Shown: positions 23,291 through 38,749, numbered from the stretch's first letter. The stretch is DNA of 64,000 bases from Macrostomum lignano (GCA_002269645.1 NIVC01001190.1:1-64000), one strand, 5' to 3'. Notes: generated by a model from the sequence alone, not told the origin. Numbers and translations are program-made.

Positions 23291-24176
23291 CCAAACAGTC
23301 AAGTATTGGCGCCCCTCCCAGAAAGATTGCTGCGTGCCTCACTGCAAACGTACAGTTATACACGTAAAGCCGATCAACTTACCACACGAGAAGTAGTACC
23401 AAAGAGCCTAGCTATAATTCGCCAAACCAATGTTTTTGATAAAAGTTAAAGTTAGTTTAAATTTATCAGTTTAAACGAGAAAGTATGCCTTTTTTAAGAA
23501 TCGGTGTTGTTAGCAATAATTTTGGCCACCATTTTAGTGTCGCAGCGCCTTACATGTACATTTATTTTGCGCAGCAGGCACCATTTTAGCGACGCAGGCG
23601 AATTTCTCATATTGACAACGAATTCTCATAATCGGTACATCTTCAATCTAACTTTTTAGTGGATTACGTAACTTTAAATTTGAAGAAGCTATTAAAAAAA
23701 AATTGTGTTATTTTTTGTAAAAAATAATAGAAAACAAAAAGTCACTTACGACGGCATACTTACTTTTTGCAAATAAAAAAATTGTTTAAATTTTTGTCAA
23801 GCAAACATATAAAACTTCAAATCAAGAATTCTTGAGCAATTCATGAACCCCGCAAAATTTTTTTATTATTGAGCGATATAAACGATAGGCCTAAGTTGCA
23901 CCCTTACCTTAGCATTCTTATAGTTATTTCTTAAGCGAATTACCAACTGTTAATAAAGTAACTTAATAACTTTTTGGCTTTTGTTCATAATAAATAAGTC
24001 ACTTTTATAATACCTCATAACAGAATTTGTGAACAAAAATCGGATTTAGCAGTTGTTAATCTTAGCCTAGCTTGCCTTAGGAGCCTATAGGCCTACTATA
24101 AAAACTATTTATCGACCCGCCCTAAGTAGCAGCTTTTTGCCTGTTATTTAGGTGTTAATTGAAGGGCCGAGTCACT

Positions 24177-27100
24177 ATGTCTGTTAAGTTTCTTGATGTT
24201 CGATCATTTGTATATGGAGGCACAGCTTCTGTATTTGCAGAGTTTGGTGAGTTGAATTCTTATGATATATTGTTAGTGTACATATATTATTAATATTAGA
24301 AATGGCTTTTTTCTAGAGGCTTAAGCAGGACTTCTAATTACAAAGAGCTTGAATGCTAAGAGGTGCCAATATTTGGTTGGTATCTTGGTCGGGGATGCAT
24401 GCAAATTTGGCAACAAGTCTTTTTATAGCCAAAGACAAGTTAAAGCAAATTTATATGTGTGCATGTAATAAGGCTTTCTTAAAATACTCATTAAAGTTTA
24501 TATATGTGAAATAATGGCTGCATGAGTGTGTTAAAATGATAAGAAAAGTGTTGTTGAATTGGTCATTCTGCATCTTACATTTTTTAATTTTGTAATTTTT
24601 CTTTGCATTGGCATGGTGTATTTTTTCAAATCCATTTCCCGTACATTGTAATCAGTGGAAAGACCTTTAGTAGGAATATAAGAAAATCATTTTTCTTGTT
24701 TTTCCCCAAGTCCCATTGCCTCTAAGGCTGTCCCACCTTAAAATTAACAAATATTTATTGGAAAGGACTTTAAAAACACACAAGGATAAATGATAGATAA
24801 AACAAACTCAATTAAAAACTAAAGCTAATATGCATTGAATAATACCATTGTAGTTGAAGAATTGCCAAAATGATAAAAAATGTTTTATTCAGTAATTATT
24901 GCCAAATTTGTTTGTTGCCAATTTTATCAATATCCATTGGTGGGTTAAGAATGGGTTGAGGTATTGCTTTATTCTATATTTAGTAATGATAGGCCTAGGC
25001 ATTGCAAATGCAATTCCTAGGCCCATCTTTTAGTTAGTCTAGGTTGAGGTTTCAGTATGGGTCCAGTCAAGGTGCCAATACGCAAATGCACAAAAATAAA
25101 ATTTGAATATAAAGTAGGTTCTTGTCATTTTCTTGTTTTTCTTTGTTAATAATTTTTGTTTTTTGTTAATTTGTAGGTACTTTCCCCTTGGACACTGCTA
25201 AGACTAGGCTGATGGTTCAAGGCCAAAGGCAAACTGCAAGTGAAATTGTAGCATGTAGATATAAAGGCATGCTTCATACATTCTACAAGATATGTTTGGA
25301 CGAAGGCCACAAAGCATTGTTTAAAGGGTATGTAATAATAATCTTTCTGTTTTCTTAATTTTTCTGGTTTGTTTCAATTAACTATTTGTAATTTATTTGA
25401 ATTTGTAAATTCTAATTGAATGATTTTATAGTATTTATTATTTGCCAATGCAATATTAATTAAGAAAGTAGAAATAGATTTGTTAATTTTGATAAGGACT
25501 TCCCAAGTTCCCAAGTAAAGGTTAACTTTAGTTTTACAATATAGGTTTGATCCCAATCCCAAGAAGTTTTGTCCAATCAAAATTCCATCTAATGCTTAAA
25601 TATTAAATATAGATCTTGATCCATTTCTATAATCTCAGAATCATAGTTTTAATAAATTCAATGTACCTCTCTAATCTTTTTTGGAATCAAATCTGAATAA
25701 TAATAGCTATTTTCATAAAGTTTGTTTTTAAATTAGTGTAAAAGTGTATAAAAATTGTCTTATTTAAATATTATGTATATTATTGTACATAAAAACAATA
25801 AATTTGAATTTAAAGGTTTTCAAAGTAGTAGGCCTAGATAGAAGGTTATTTAAGATTTAATTTAAAACCTTTAGCTTTTATTAAAGTGTATAGACCTTAA
25901 AAATTGTACAAACCTTTTATAGTCAATAGCATTTAAAGCATAGTATTATATTAATGCTTAAGTGAAAATATGTTAAAATACAATTATTATTGAAATTCAC
26001 CAAAAATTCCAATCCTTTAACTCCTTTATTTCCTTCTGGGGGGTACAAAATCAATACCACAATTGGAAAACACAAGCACAATACTTCATAAAGGTCACAA
26101 ATTTATTCCTATATATTCTTCAGGAAGGTTTAAAGTCAAAATTACTAATAAAAATACAGACAAGAAACTACAAAGGTAATAAAATAGGTATAACATTCTA
26201 TTATCCAAAATCCAATTCCATTTCTTCTTTCAGGAAGGTTTTTATATATGGAATACCATATAACTTCCATATCTCAAATCCACAATTCCAATTAGCAGCT
26301 TTGCTAATACTTTGTAAGGTACGAAAGAACTACTGGCACATGGAAAATGTCAAGTGTTTTGGAATTTTCATTTAATAATCATTGGATTAAGGCATCCTTG
26401 AAACACAAGAAGAATAAAAATCTTATTGTCAGTGTTTGAAATTTATTCAAGTTAAACTTAGGGTAGATGAATACTTTTATTTGTACATAATTTTCTTTGA
26501 TTGCATTTTGATTTTTTTGGCATTTTAATTGCTTAATTCTGTATTTGATTTAAATTTTACTCTATTTAATTGCTTTAAATTGTGCAACTATTAAATTAAA
26601 AAGCTCCAAATAAAGTGCAAAACTTGAATCACAAATCAAAATTTTAATTTAATTTTTGTTAAACTCACAAGTAGCAACCTTGCTTGCTTACTTATGAGCT
26701 TTAAAACCAGATTAACAATTGTCCATGTGTTTGCACAAAGTGCATGACTATTATAGCAAATTATTTGGAGCTGCAATTGCCATTCTTCATTGCTAATTGT
26801 TCTCTATTGCAGGAAATTGGCACAATCCTGAATCCCGGCGCAACCAATGCTCAACTGGCTGTCAGTGGCTATGTGGGGCTATTTTATCAGAAGCCGAGGA
26901 CTTTGAGAGCCTCGGTGGAGTGAGGATCAAGCACTCGCTGCTACATGTACTTAATATCAATTGGGCTATTCTTTATTGCCTAACATACATGCTTCCTCTA
27001 TGTCTAGGATTTAGTTACCTAGGCTCTAGTTGATTCACATACACATGTAAATTTCTATTTATTTTTTAAAAAGCGCATTCTCGCCTTTTGTGCTGCTGTC

Positions 27101-30100
27101 TGCTTGATTAGGTCAGCCGGCTTGTCAAGGTATAAGGTACAAGGTTGTCAGGACACCGTCTGCTTTAAGCTTCCATGGATTGCCATGACGCAACATCAGC
27201 AGCATCTGTAACCTAATTCCATAAAGACCTTAAAATATGTTATTCGGTTCAACGCATGTCGAACATCTTTACATCAAATTATGCATATTTATACGCCAAG
27301 CAAGAGTTCTTTTTGCCAGCCGCTTTTTGTCTTAGAAGCTTATGCTTATTGTCTTGCGAACATCTCGTCAACTTACGGGTCTTCAAATGCCTGCTCTTTA
27401 GTATCATTCTTGAGAATCAGCAAGTCCTGCGGTGTTACTCTTCTTCATCGATGAGAAGTGCTTCTGATTTGATCAAGCTAATCGCAGCACCAGAGGCCAA
27501 TAAAATGCGTTTTTGGCAGTTGATTCAAATTGGATTTGTTTTTTCAAAAAGACACGGACAGCAAAGTTAGCTTAGCTATGATTAATAATTTACTCAGTAT
27601 AGGGCTCAGAAGCCATGCTGTCTGATGATGAAATTAGTGGAACTGGAGCAAACAGTCTTAGACAAAATTGTGGGTGCAAAACTTCTCATTCGAGACTAGT
27701 CGCCAAAGTGAAGTTACATCGCTTCCGAATATCTTGATCGATACGTTTTAAGTTTTTTTGTCTTGAGAACGAGAAAGACGGAAAGAGATATCTGCTGCTC
27801 ATTTCGTTTACCGCTCAGCTCAAATCAATTCAGTGGATTCGTGCTCAGGATTTAGGCTAAAAATGGATTAATAAGCTAGAGAGTTTGAGCGTTAAGCAGC
27901 AGCAGATTTATTAGGCATTGCAGAATGAATTAACCAATCTGCTGTTAACTGGCGTGTATCTTGACGACTCACTGTTGCTAGACTTCTGAGCATCTGATCT
28001 GACCAGCTCCCCGCTATCCTTCCACGGGATTTTCTTCCCGCATTCAGGTTGTCCGTGGCTCTGATCCGACAGGCCAGCTACGGCACCATCAAGGTGGGCA
28101 TCTACGAGAGTTTGAAACCGCACGCGGCCGCTTCAATCCCGTTCGCGCCGAAAGACACCATGCTGAACAACATCATGTGTGCTGCGGTTGCTGGCACCGT
28201 GAGCAGCTGTTGCGCTACACCAACTGATGTGCTGAAAGTCCGCCTGCAGGCTAGCGGCCTCTGCCCTAGCAACCGGTACACCGGCTCGTTAATTAACATT
28301 TTCCGAACCATCTACCGGGAGGAGGGCCTGCGAGGCCTTTGGCGCGGTACAGGACCTACGGCGCAGCGGGCAACTCTGATCTGCAGTGTTCAACTGCCTA
28401 CCTATGAGGCTGCTAAACGGTTCCTTACCAGGCATCAGCTGCTCAAAGATGGCGGTGTTTGCCATTTTGTGTGAGTAGTTCATTGATTGTGTCTGCATTT
28501 GGCTGTGTTCTGTCAGTGACATTTGACTCAATTGACTGTCTCCTGCAGTGACATTTGACTGTCTCCTGCAGTGACATTTGACTGTCTCCTGCAGTGACAT
28601 TTGACTGTCTCCTGCAGTGACATTTGACTGTCTCCTGCTGCAGTGACATTTGACTGTCTCCTGCAGTGACATTTGACTGTCTCCTGCAGTGACATTTGAC
28701 TGTCTCCTGCAGTGACATTTGATTGTCTCCTGCTGCAGTGACATTTGTCTTTCATTTTATGGTAAACAATGTACTAAAATTGGTTACTGCAGAATGTAAA
28801 ACCTACCTCCCGCCCACGGTCACCGACAAGAAAACTTATAAAAAGTTTGTGACCTCCTTTTTTATCTTATCTGTCGTGGGGTTTACTGTTTTTGCAGCCG
28901 TGTCTGTCAACTTTAAGCCGGGTTTTTGGGTGCTTGCTTGCAGAATATTCCGTATTGAGTCTGTGTTTCTTTCCATAAATGCTGCTGATATTATTAGCAT
29001 GCGTGCTGTTGTTGCATTAATTATAGGTTTTTACCAATTATTTTGCTATTCCACAGGTCCAGCATTGGGGCTGGTGTAGCCAGCGCTGCAGCGTGCAACC
29101 CTATTGACGTTATCAAGGTGAGTTGTTGCACAGATCTGACAGTATTTTTCCCCGTATTTTTTGTTTAGGTTGATTTCATTTCGTTCGAGTTGACGGCTTA
29201 CTAGTTAGAGTTTTCTATTATTTACCAAAAAATTAGAGCCCAATTCTGGGGTTGAATTCTGCTGGTAAATAAGGTCGTATCTCATCATTAACGAGGTCTT
29301 TCCTTCCAGTGTTTTTTTCCAGTTTTGATAATAGAAAAATGGAAGCCTATTTATGCTTAGCATAGCGTAGAATTAAAAAAGGCCATTAAGTACATTCGTT
29401 CGCTTAATATATTTTTGTCTAGATTCTAGCGTGGCACATTAATGGCCCACGAAGCCACCAGTGACGAGAGAGTGCTTAAAAGAGTAAACAGATATGCTTG
29501 CTTATCTATGAAAAAACCGGCTAAGCCTAAGCCTATTATTCAAAGCATACAGCATCCCCGTTTTTGGCTTGCTTTGCAACGGCCTCAGTGCAGCCACCGC
29601 CAGCAGTGACGCCGCGTAGGGGGGGGGGGCGAGAGTGACGGCCCTGCAGCAGCGAAGGGACGAAAGGGAAAGAAACAGCCTCGCGCAATGTAGAGTTTAG
29701 GTTTGTCTAGCAGATCACGTGACGCTAAGAGCTCTAGTAGTTCGTCAAGTGCGGCCGTCCAGTATTTTCTCTGTTCTATTTTTATAAATTTTCCACTCCA
29801 CTCTGAACTTCAAGGTCGATTCACGCTCAATAGCCGAGCGCAAAGTAGGTTTGGGATTGGACCCACCCCCTACTCCACCCAGTTGGCCACGCGTTAACTG
29901 CGTGCTTGGTAATTTTCCACTCACATTTTAACAAGTAATTAGAGTGCTTGTGTATAGCGCGTGCAGTTGCATTCACTGCGCCGGGGGCCGGAGTCTTGAG
30001 GCCGAGGCCGGTCTCTAAACCGGTTTAGAGTGTTTTCAAAAGCAGGGACGGAGTTCTGCCTTCTCTTTCCTAGAATTATTAGTGCAAAGCTGCTAGCGCG

Positions 30101-30764
30101 GGGTAATATACAGAGAAAAGAGTGGACGAGAGACAAGGCATCGTTCCCTATTATGCTACTGAATTTGTTAGTAGCTGCGCGTTCTCTACCGGAGTGGCAT
30201 GACAGCAAGCACCCCCCCCCTATATTTACTCCCAGCCCCTGCTAAAGACAATGCTTTTAGATTCAGTTGAGCCTTGTTTAATGGCTCAAAGCTGAAGTGT
30301 AGCTGTTTTTCTGGACCAACCTTGTTGTGTTTTTTGGGCTGTCCCTGGGTCCTTCCAACTGAGTTGTCTCTTTTTATTTTATTGAGTACAGTGAGGAAAG
30401 TTGAATTTAAAAACATAGCTGATTTGTTTCACCGCAGAGCCGCATGATGAATCAGCACTACAGCAGCTGCAGCACCAAAGGCGCTGGTCTGTACACCAGC
30501 AGCTGGGACTGCCTGCTGCAGACCTGTCGGGCCGAAGGTCTCCGAGCTCTTTGGAAAGGCCTCGTGCCAAACTGTATGCGCCTAGGTCCGTGGAATATCA
30601 TCTTCTTCCTGACTATGGAGCGGTTGAAGGCGCTCGACGCCACCGTGTCAAGCATCGAGGCCAGCGACATCGAGTCTGTGCTGGGCAAGTCTCAGGAGAT
30701 TGCAGTCGTCTCGCTCGAGATTGTCGATGGCGACGTGTGCTTGAAGGACCTGCGGGCCAACTGA
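24177..30764 (+). CDS. SLC25A30: Mitochondrial carrier, SLC25A14/SLC25A30 (UCP5/KMCP1)-like; exons 24177-24246, 25177-25327, 28048-28470, 29057-29117, 30438-30764
   Basis: All junctions are GT-AG and phase-compatible. Protein: [35 protein letters not shown]...[13 protein letters not shown]...[11 protein letters not shown]...NPIDVIKSRMMNQ...[19 protein letters not shown], with three Px[DE]xx[KR] carrier motifs. SLC25A14 versus SLC25A30 cannot be resolved in an invertebrate. Confidence 0.92.
28507..28745. repeat. 23/26-bp minisatellite (CAGTGACATTTGACTGTCTCCTG) just after the exon 3 donor
   Basis: Direct reading, about 10 units. Confidence 0.95.
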
Positions 30765-32192
30765 CGCACAGATTGAAATGCAGACTTGACTGGATTTTAT
30801 TAAACGGATGTATTCCATTTAGTTTAAGCCATGTTTTGACAGCTGTCAGTAAATTTTCATGACAGGCTTTGTTGCCTTCCTGTGTTTGAATTTCTCATTT
30901 TTCTGACTCCATCCAACATTTTGCTGGATTTTCGATCGCGAGTCGCGTCAGCTGCAGAGCAGAACTGGAAATTAAAACAAACAGCGATCCGGTTGAGTCT
31001 CACACTGAGCAGTTGCTGTGACACAATCTGTAATCTGCTCTCCTCAGACTCCTCGCATTTGCATTTCGCTCTTCATCCACTCACAGCACAAATAAGCCCG
31101 ATTTGATTCGCTAGTCCATTTGATGTCATCATCATTCCTGATTTAACCTCTAAATGTCCCTTCCGTTGCTACTTCGAAATGGATTCGTTGAAGCCCCCAC
31201 CCCCCTTTATGCGATGCCTTGCCAGCGAAGCACACTTCTGTTAATTATATAATCAAAACTGTAATTATAATCCTAAACTTGGATAGTAACTAAACTAACA
31301 ATCGGTACACTTATTATTATTATTGTTTATAATAAATCTGTTGCAATCATTTATACAGTGTAATTTAAAACCACTGGCTTCATCAGTATACATACTCTTA
31401 TATATAGCATACAACTGTCTGTGTTCACTGTATAAAAACAACTATAAATAATATACATTAACAATAAAACTCAAGCCCCGGCTCTCAAGTGCCATCCTGT
31501 TCCCGTTAAAAAGTTCCAAATAAAAAAATCAACGCATTAATTGGAGTTTCCGACTTTATATAATTTGATACAGCATAATATGCGTGCACAGGATGTGAAT
31601 GTAACTGCGACTTTAGCTGATGCACACAATTAATATTTATATTTGTAATTCAATTAAATATAGTTTAGACAGCGTATTGCGCGCATTGACAAGTAAAATT
31701 TCGCATTGATAAAATTAGTATATGGACATAAAAGCAGCAACATTTTGCTGGATTTGCTAAACCTACAGAGTACACGGTGTACTAACAACACAAATTTAAG
31801 GATTAAAATAACAAAAGCATGTTTACACAGCTGGCATAGCGGTACGGCTTTTAGACTGACTGCATAATTTAAACAAATAAATAAAGAATTAAACAATTAA
31901 ATAAAGCAATAATAGGTTAATTTTGATAACAGCAACAGCTTATACCGGAATCGAGACAGCAACAGCGCAACACAACAACATAGCAGCAAAATCGAAGAAG
32001 CAAACAGAGATTAAAGTGCTGAGTTGAATTAGATTACAGCAGACACGATAAACCTAATTAGAGATGATAAATAAAACAAAACACAAACTGATGGGCGATG
32101 CAATCCATCTGATGAAGCACAACAGAGATACACGGATAACCATTTGACAGCAATGATAAGATTAGTCAGCAGAACTGCATGCGCTCGTGACG

Positions 32193-34611
32193 TCACTCAG
32201 CAGCAGCAGCGGAAACCTCAGCTTCCACAGCTTCATCATCAGGTTTCTGGCCGCCAACGCCGAGGCACTCCGACAGCAGGTTGATCATCTCGCTAGACTT
32301 CAAGGAGGTTCCGCCCGATGGCGCGGAGCCGGCGGTCGCGGCAACTGCAGTGGTGGCGCTCGCAGTTGAAGCCGTCTCGGCATCCGCCGCGGCAGTGGCG
32401 GCATCGTCGGGCTCCTCAGCGGCGGAGGTCAGGCCGCTGCGCCGGCGTTTCTTGATCGGCGAGGCGACCAGCGGCTCGCGCTTCACCGCCGCTGCTGCCC
32501 GCCTGCGCTTCCGGCCGCCGCCGCCGCCGCCGTCTCCGTTGGCGTCGCCGCCGACTTCGGCATCGCCGGCGTCCTCTTCCAGGTCAGCCGCTTCGCTGCC
32601 GTTGCCGCTCACGCTGCCGGCTTTGCCGCTCCCGCCGCCGCCGCCGCCGCCTAGAGCAGCGTCATCCGACACGACGTCCTTCTCTAGCCGGAGCTTCTCG
32701 CAGGCGATCCGATGCACGCCGACTTCAACGGAGTCCGCCGACAGCAGGCGGATGACTCGAACTGGGCGCTCCTGGCCAAGTCGGTGGCAGCGGTCCTCCG
32801 CCTGCTTGTCGTTGTACGGATTGAAGTCAATGTCGTGGATGATGACGGTGTCGGCTGCCGTGAGGTTGATGCCTGCATCGGGGGCGAGGGGCGCATTAAT
32901 CATATCACGATTTTCAGGCATGCCAACAGACGCGCCCACCTGTGTGCCCTGCAGACAAGCGCTTCTCTCCAACACTGTCCCCACCCACGTAAAATTGCAC
33001 GCGCTGGCAGTATGAAAAGTGCAAAAGTGCACAGACAGACAGAGAGACACGAGTGCCGAGACAGAACAGCGAAGCAAAATCAAACACCACAGCCTTACGG
33101 TCGGTTCTTTTACAGAAATATTAGTTGGCGCAGAAATGGCCAGACAGACCCCGAACTGAACTGGAATGACTTTTTGGCCTGGGTTCGCTGTGACCTCTAT
33201 TTGGAACTGAAATGCGCAGAACCGCATCAGTTCAGACTGACGAGATGCGAGCGCTATGGGCTGCCAATTCTGCTATCGTATGAAGGTTATGAAAATATGG
33301 ATAGACTAGTCAGCAGTCAGCTAAACTTTTAGCTCCTAACGTGTTGCCTAACCATATTCTGTAGCTTTTCTGACGTCAGGAATATTCGTTTTTTAAGCCA
33401 CAGACGGCCCTATACTGGAGCCATAGACTACTATCTTATACTGAAGCCATAGACTACTTATCCTATACTGAAGCCATAGACTACTTATCCTATACTGAAG
33501 CCATAGACTACTTATTCTTTACTAAAGCAGACTACTACCCAATACTGAAGCCATAAACTACCCTATACTGAAGACATAGACTACTTATCCTATACTGAAG
33601 CCATAGACTACTTATCCTATACTGAAGCCATAGACTACTTATCCTATACTGAAGCCATAGACTACTTATCCTATACTGAAGACATAGACTACTTATCCTA
33701 TACTGAAGACATAGACTACTTATCCTATACTGAAGCCATAGACTACTTATCCTATACTGAAGCCATAGACTACCCTATACTGAAGACATAGACTACTTAT
33801 CCTATACTGAAGCCATAGACTACTTATCCTATACTGAAGCCATAGACTACTTATCCTATACTGAAGCCATAGACTACTTATCCTATACTGAAGCCATAGA
33901 CTACCCTATACTAAAGCCATAAGCTACCCTATACTAAAGCCATAGACTACCCTATACTGAAGCTGTAGACTACTCTATAGTAAAGATATCTTTCTAACCT
34001 CTAATGAAATATAATTCTATACATTTTGGCTAATAAACAAGTCACCTTGCGCAGACCAACTGGCAACGCGCTAAAATATTTTTCCTAATTTGGTACTGGA
34101 TTTTGGGGCCACTTCCTGTGCAATTCTTCTATTCAGGCCTCAGAGAAGAAGGCAAACACATCCGGGGCAGTTAAGATTGATGGCGGCGGGTTTTGGCAGT
34201 AAATATACTAAGTAAGCTATTTTGCAATAAACCAAGGAGAAGCAGAGCATACCCGACAATCCGAGGGCTCTCAATTAATTAATTAATCTTCATCTGTTCA
34301 TTTTACGCTCAGATTAACTTTGATTAATAATCAAACCGGACTAAAGGGCGTCAGAGACTACTGAGCTACGGCTCCTGCGGTAAAGGCAAGCAGGATCACA
34401 GACAAGGGCATGGAGAGGGGTAGACAAAGACAACCAGACAAAAATACAGACACTCAGACAGGTGCACATACTCAGAAAGACAAGTACACATACTCAGAAA
34501 GACAGGTACACATACTCAGACAGACAGATACAGACACTCAGACAGACAGACACAGACACTCACACAGACAGATACAGACACTTGGACAGACAGACAGACA
34601 GACCGACGGAG

Positions 34612-34666
<55 letters not shown>

Positions 34667-37600
34667 TACAGACACTCAGACAGACAGATACAGACACTCA
34701 GACAGACAGATACAGACACTCAGACAGACAGACACAGACACTTGGACAGACAGACAGATACAGACAGACAGACAGACAAATAGACACTCAGACAGACAGA
34801 TACAGACACTCAGGCAACTCACCCAGCCCGCCAGCCCGGGTGCTGAGCAGGAACACGGGGATGCTGGAGTCCTCAGCAAACCTGTCCAGCAGGACTTGCC
34901 GTTCACCCACAGGCGTGGAACCGTCAATGCGCAGAAATCGAATCGCGCGCAGCTGCAGGTAGGCCTGCACAATGTCCAGCATCATGACAAACTGGCTGAA
35001 CAGAGCCACACGATGTCCGGCAGCTGTGAGCTCCGGCAGCAGGCTGTCCAGCGCTACCAGCTTGCCAGACAGCAGCAGGTGCTCAGCCTCATCAAGCTGG
35101 TGCTCAGCCAGCACTGGGTACATCTGGCAGGTCCTGTGCAGCTCGAAGTCATTCATCGCGGCCAGATCTTCGTAGATGTAGTCCTCGTTGGCGCGCAGAT
35201 GACCGGGGTCCTTCAGCATCTTGCTGGCCATCTGGCGCAGCAGAGAGTCAGTGTACACCCGCCTGTGCAGCAGGCAGTGGTTGGCGGCCTTCCGCAGCTG
35301 CAGGATGTAGTTCACCGCCACCTCGCCGCTGCTGCCTCGCTCGCCGGCGCCTTCGAAACGTCGGCGAAGGCTGGCGACGAGTTCCTGGTACTCGTGGCGC
35401 TGGCGCTCCGTCATTGGGACCAGCATGACCTCCTCGGTCTTGGCCGGCAGCTGAGTGAGCACCTGAGCTTTGGTGCGGCGCAGAAAGAAGGGCCGCATCA
35501 GGCGCTTAGCGTGCTGGATCCGCTCCATCTCGTAGGTGGTCCGGTCAGCTGCCGCCGCCGGCATGGCGGAGCCCGCAGACGACTCGTCCGTGGTGGCCGA
35601 GCGCTGAGGTGGGACCGCAAATGAGCATCTTCTGATTCTCCCATTCTGATTCTCCCACTCTGATTCTCTGATTCTAATTCTCCCATCCTGATTCTCCCAT
35701 TCTGATTCTCCTATTCTGATTTTCCTATTCTGATTCTCCTATTCTGATTCTCCCATCCTGATTTTCCTATTCTGATTCCCCTATTCTGATTTTCCTATTC
35801 TGATTCTCCCATTCTGATTCTCCTATTCTGATTCTCCCATCCTGATTTTCCTATTCTGATTCCCCTATTCTGATTTTCCAATTCTAATTCTCCCATTCTG
35901 ATTCTCCTATTCTGATTCTCCCATCCTGATTTTCCTATTCTGATTCCCCTATTCTGATTTTCCAATTCTGATTCTCCCATTCTGATTCCCCCATCCTGAT
36001 TCTCCAATTCTGATTCCCCCATCCTGATTCTCCAATTCTGATTCTCCAATTCTGATTCCCCCATTCTGATTCTCCCATTCTGATTCTCCCATTCTGATTC
36101 CCCCATTCTGATTCTCCAATTCTGATTCTCCCATTCTGATTCTCCCATTCTGATTCTCCCATTCTGATTCCCCCATTCTGATTCTCCCATTCTGATTCCC
36201 CCATTCTGATTCTCCCATTCTGATTCTCCTATTCTGATTTTCCTATTCTGATTTTCCTATTCTGATTCTCCCATTCTGATTCTCCTATTCTGATTCTCCC
36301 ATCCTGATTTTCCTATTCTGATTCCCCTATTCTGATTTTCCAATTCTGATTCTCCCATTCTGATTCCCCCATCCTGATTCTCCCATTCTGATTCCCCCAT
36401 CCTGATTCTCCAATTCTGATTCTCCAATTCTGATTCCCCCATTCTGATTCTCCCATTCTGATTCCCCCATTCTGATTCTCCAATTCTGATTCTCCCATTC
36501 TGATTCTCCCATTCTGATTCTCCCATTCTGATTCCCCCATTCTGATTCTCCCATTCTGATTCTCCCATTCTGATTCCCCCATTCTGATTCTCCCATTCTG
36601 ATTCTCCCATTCTGATTCTCCCATTCTGATTCTCCCATTCTAATTCCCCCATTCTGATTCTTCCATTCTGATTCTCCCATTCTGATTCTCCAATTCTGAT
36701 TCTCCCATTCTAATTCCCCCATTCTGATTCTCAAATTCTGATTCTCCTATGTAGATTCTCCTATTCTCAGCTCCGATTCTGATTCCCCCATTGTCAGCTC
36801 CCATTCTAATTCTCCGAGCTCCCATTGCGCCAGTACCTGAGCTCCAATCTCAAGCCACACAGCAGACTCACAGAGAAGAGGTTGAACATCTTCTTAAGCA
36901 GGTCAGCACACTGCCTAGACGCACTGAAGACATCCGGAATGACAAAGGACAGCAGAGACATCAACTCAACCAGGTTGTTCTGCAGCGGGGTGCCAGTGAG
37001 CAGAATGCGCCGCTTCACCCGAAAGTTCATCAGCATTTTGTAGCGCCTCGACTGGCAATTCTTCAGCATGTGCGCCTCATCGAATATGCCGTACTCAAAG
37101 TCCAGGTTCTTCATCATGGCCCGGTCCTCCAGGGTGCCGGTGGCAATGTTGTACCTGCCAATTAAATTGGGGAGGTTAGAGGCTCCGTACACATTCACCT
37201 GAAGGTTGTGACACAGGTTTGAAGGGCATCTGGAGGTTGTGACACAGGTTTGAAGGCACTCTGAAGGTTGTGACACAGGTTTGAAGGCACTCTGAAGGTT
37301 GTGGCACAGGTTTGAAGGGCATCTGAAGGTTTTGACACAGGTTTGAAGGCATTCTGAAGGTTGTGACACAGGTTTGAAGGCACTCTGAAGGTTGTGGCAC
37401 AGGTTTGAAGGGCATCTGAAGGTTTTGACACAGGTTTGAAGGCACCCTGAAGGTTGTGACACAGGTTTGGAGTGACCCTGAAGATTGTAATACATGTACG
37501 TGAAACTTAAAAAAATGTGCCCCGAAAACACACAACATAATCTAAACGGTTCAAGCTGTCCCTCAAAAAAAAACTCTCCACTGCAACCCTATGACTAATC

Positions 37601-38372
37601 GTGTATACCAGCCGATCGCTAAGCAGAAAAAGTACACGCAAAGAAACCCTAGATTCAAAACTATAGAAAAGTTCGTCTGGCTTGCTGATTTTATAGCGTC
37701 AGAGTGGGCAGACGAGCAGACGGGCATGCAGACTGGCTGCAGAAATAGGGAATTATACGGAAGAGTGAAGCCAGAAAAGAAACTCTGAGAGGAGCGCAGA
37801 GGCATGAAAAATTGAGGATTTGCAGAACGGAAAAGAGGAGGGTGGGTGCTGGGCGACTGGCCTGGCTTATAAAATTAGACTTCACGAACAGAATAGCTGT
37901 AAATGAGTGAAGGGGCTGAGGCGGGCAAAGGAGACTTAATAGAAGATCCTTCGGGAGATGGTAGATGGCTTTTCTAGCCTAAGGCAACTACTGGCTAGCA
38001 AATTTAATACATAGGCAGAGCTGGAGAGACTGGCATCGGAGTCCTTGGGGATTTTTGAAGGCTTCGATGGGGGAGAGAAGGGGATTAGGGAAGAATTGAA
38101 GATCAGACGGATGGAGTCGTGTTTACTCACTAGCTGCACTTTTATCCACTTAGATAGGGACTGCAGGGAGCCAATGACAGCTAGGCGGGACACAGGCAGA
38201 CACAGGGAAATGTATAGGAAAAGAGACAGGCAGACAACCAGACAGACAAAAGACACTATGGCAGACATACAGACAGACAGACAGAGGGACAGAAAGACAG
38301 TTAGACAGACAGACAGACAGAGAGACAGACAGACAGACAGACAGACACACAGACAGACACACAGACAGACAC

Positions 38373-38403
<31 letters not shown>

Positions 38404-38408
38404 CACAC

Positions 38409-38447
<39 letters not shown>

Positions 38448-38480
38448 CACACACAGACAGACAGACAGACAGAAAGACAC

Positions 38481-38523
<43 letters not shown>

Positions 38524-38546
38524 CACACACACACACAGACAGACAT

Positions 38547-38585
<39 letters not shown>

Positions 38586-38590
38586 CACAC

Positions 38591-38629
<39 letters not shown>

Positions 38630-38636
38630 CACACAC

Positions 38637-38671
<35 letters not shown>

Positions 38672-38706
38672 CACACACACAGACAGACAGACAGACAGAA
38701 AGACAC

Positions 38707-38749
<43 letters not shown>

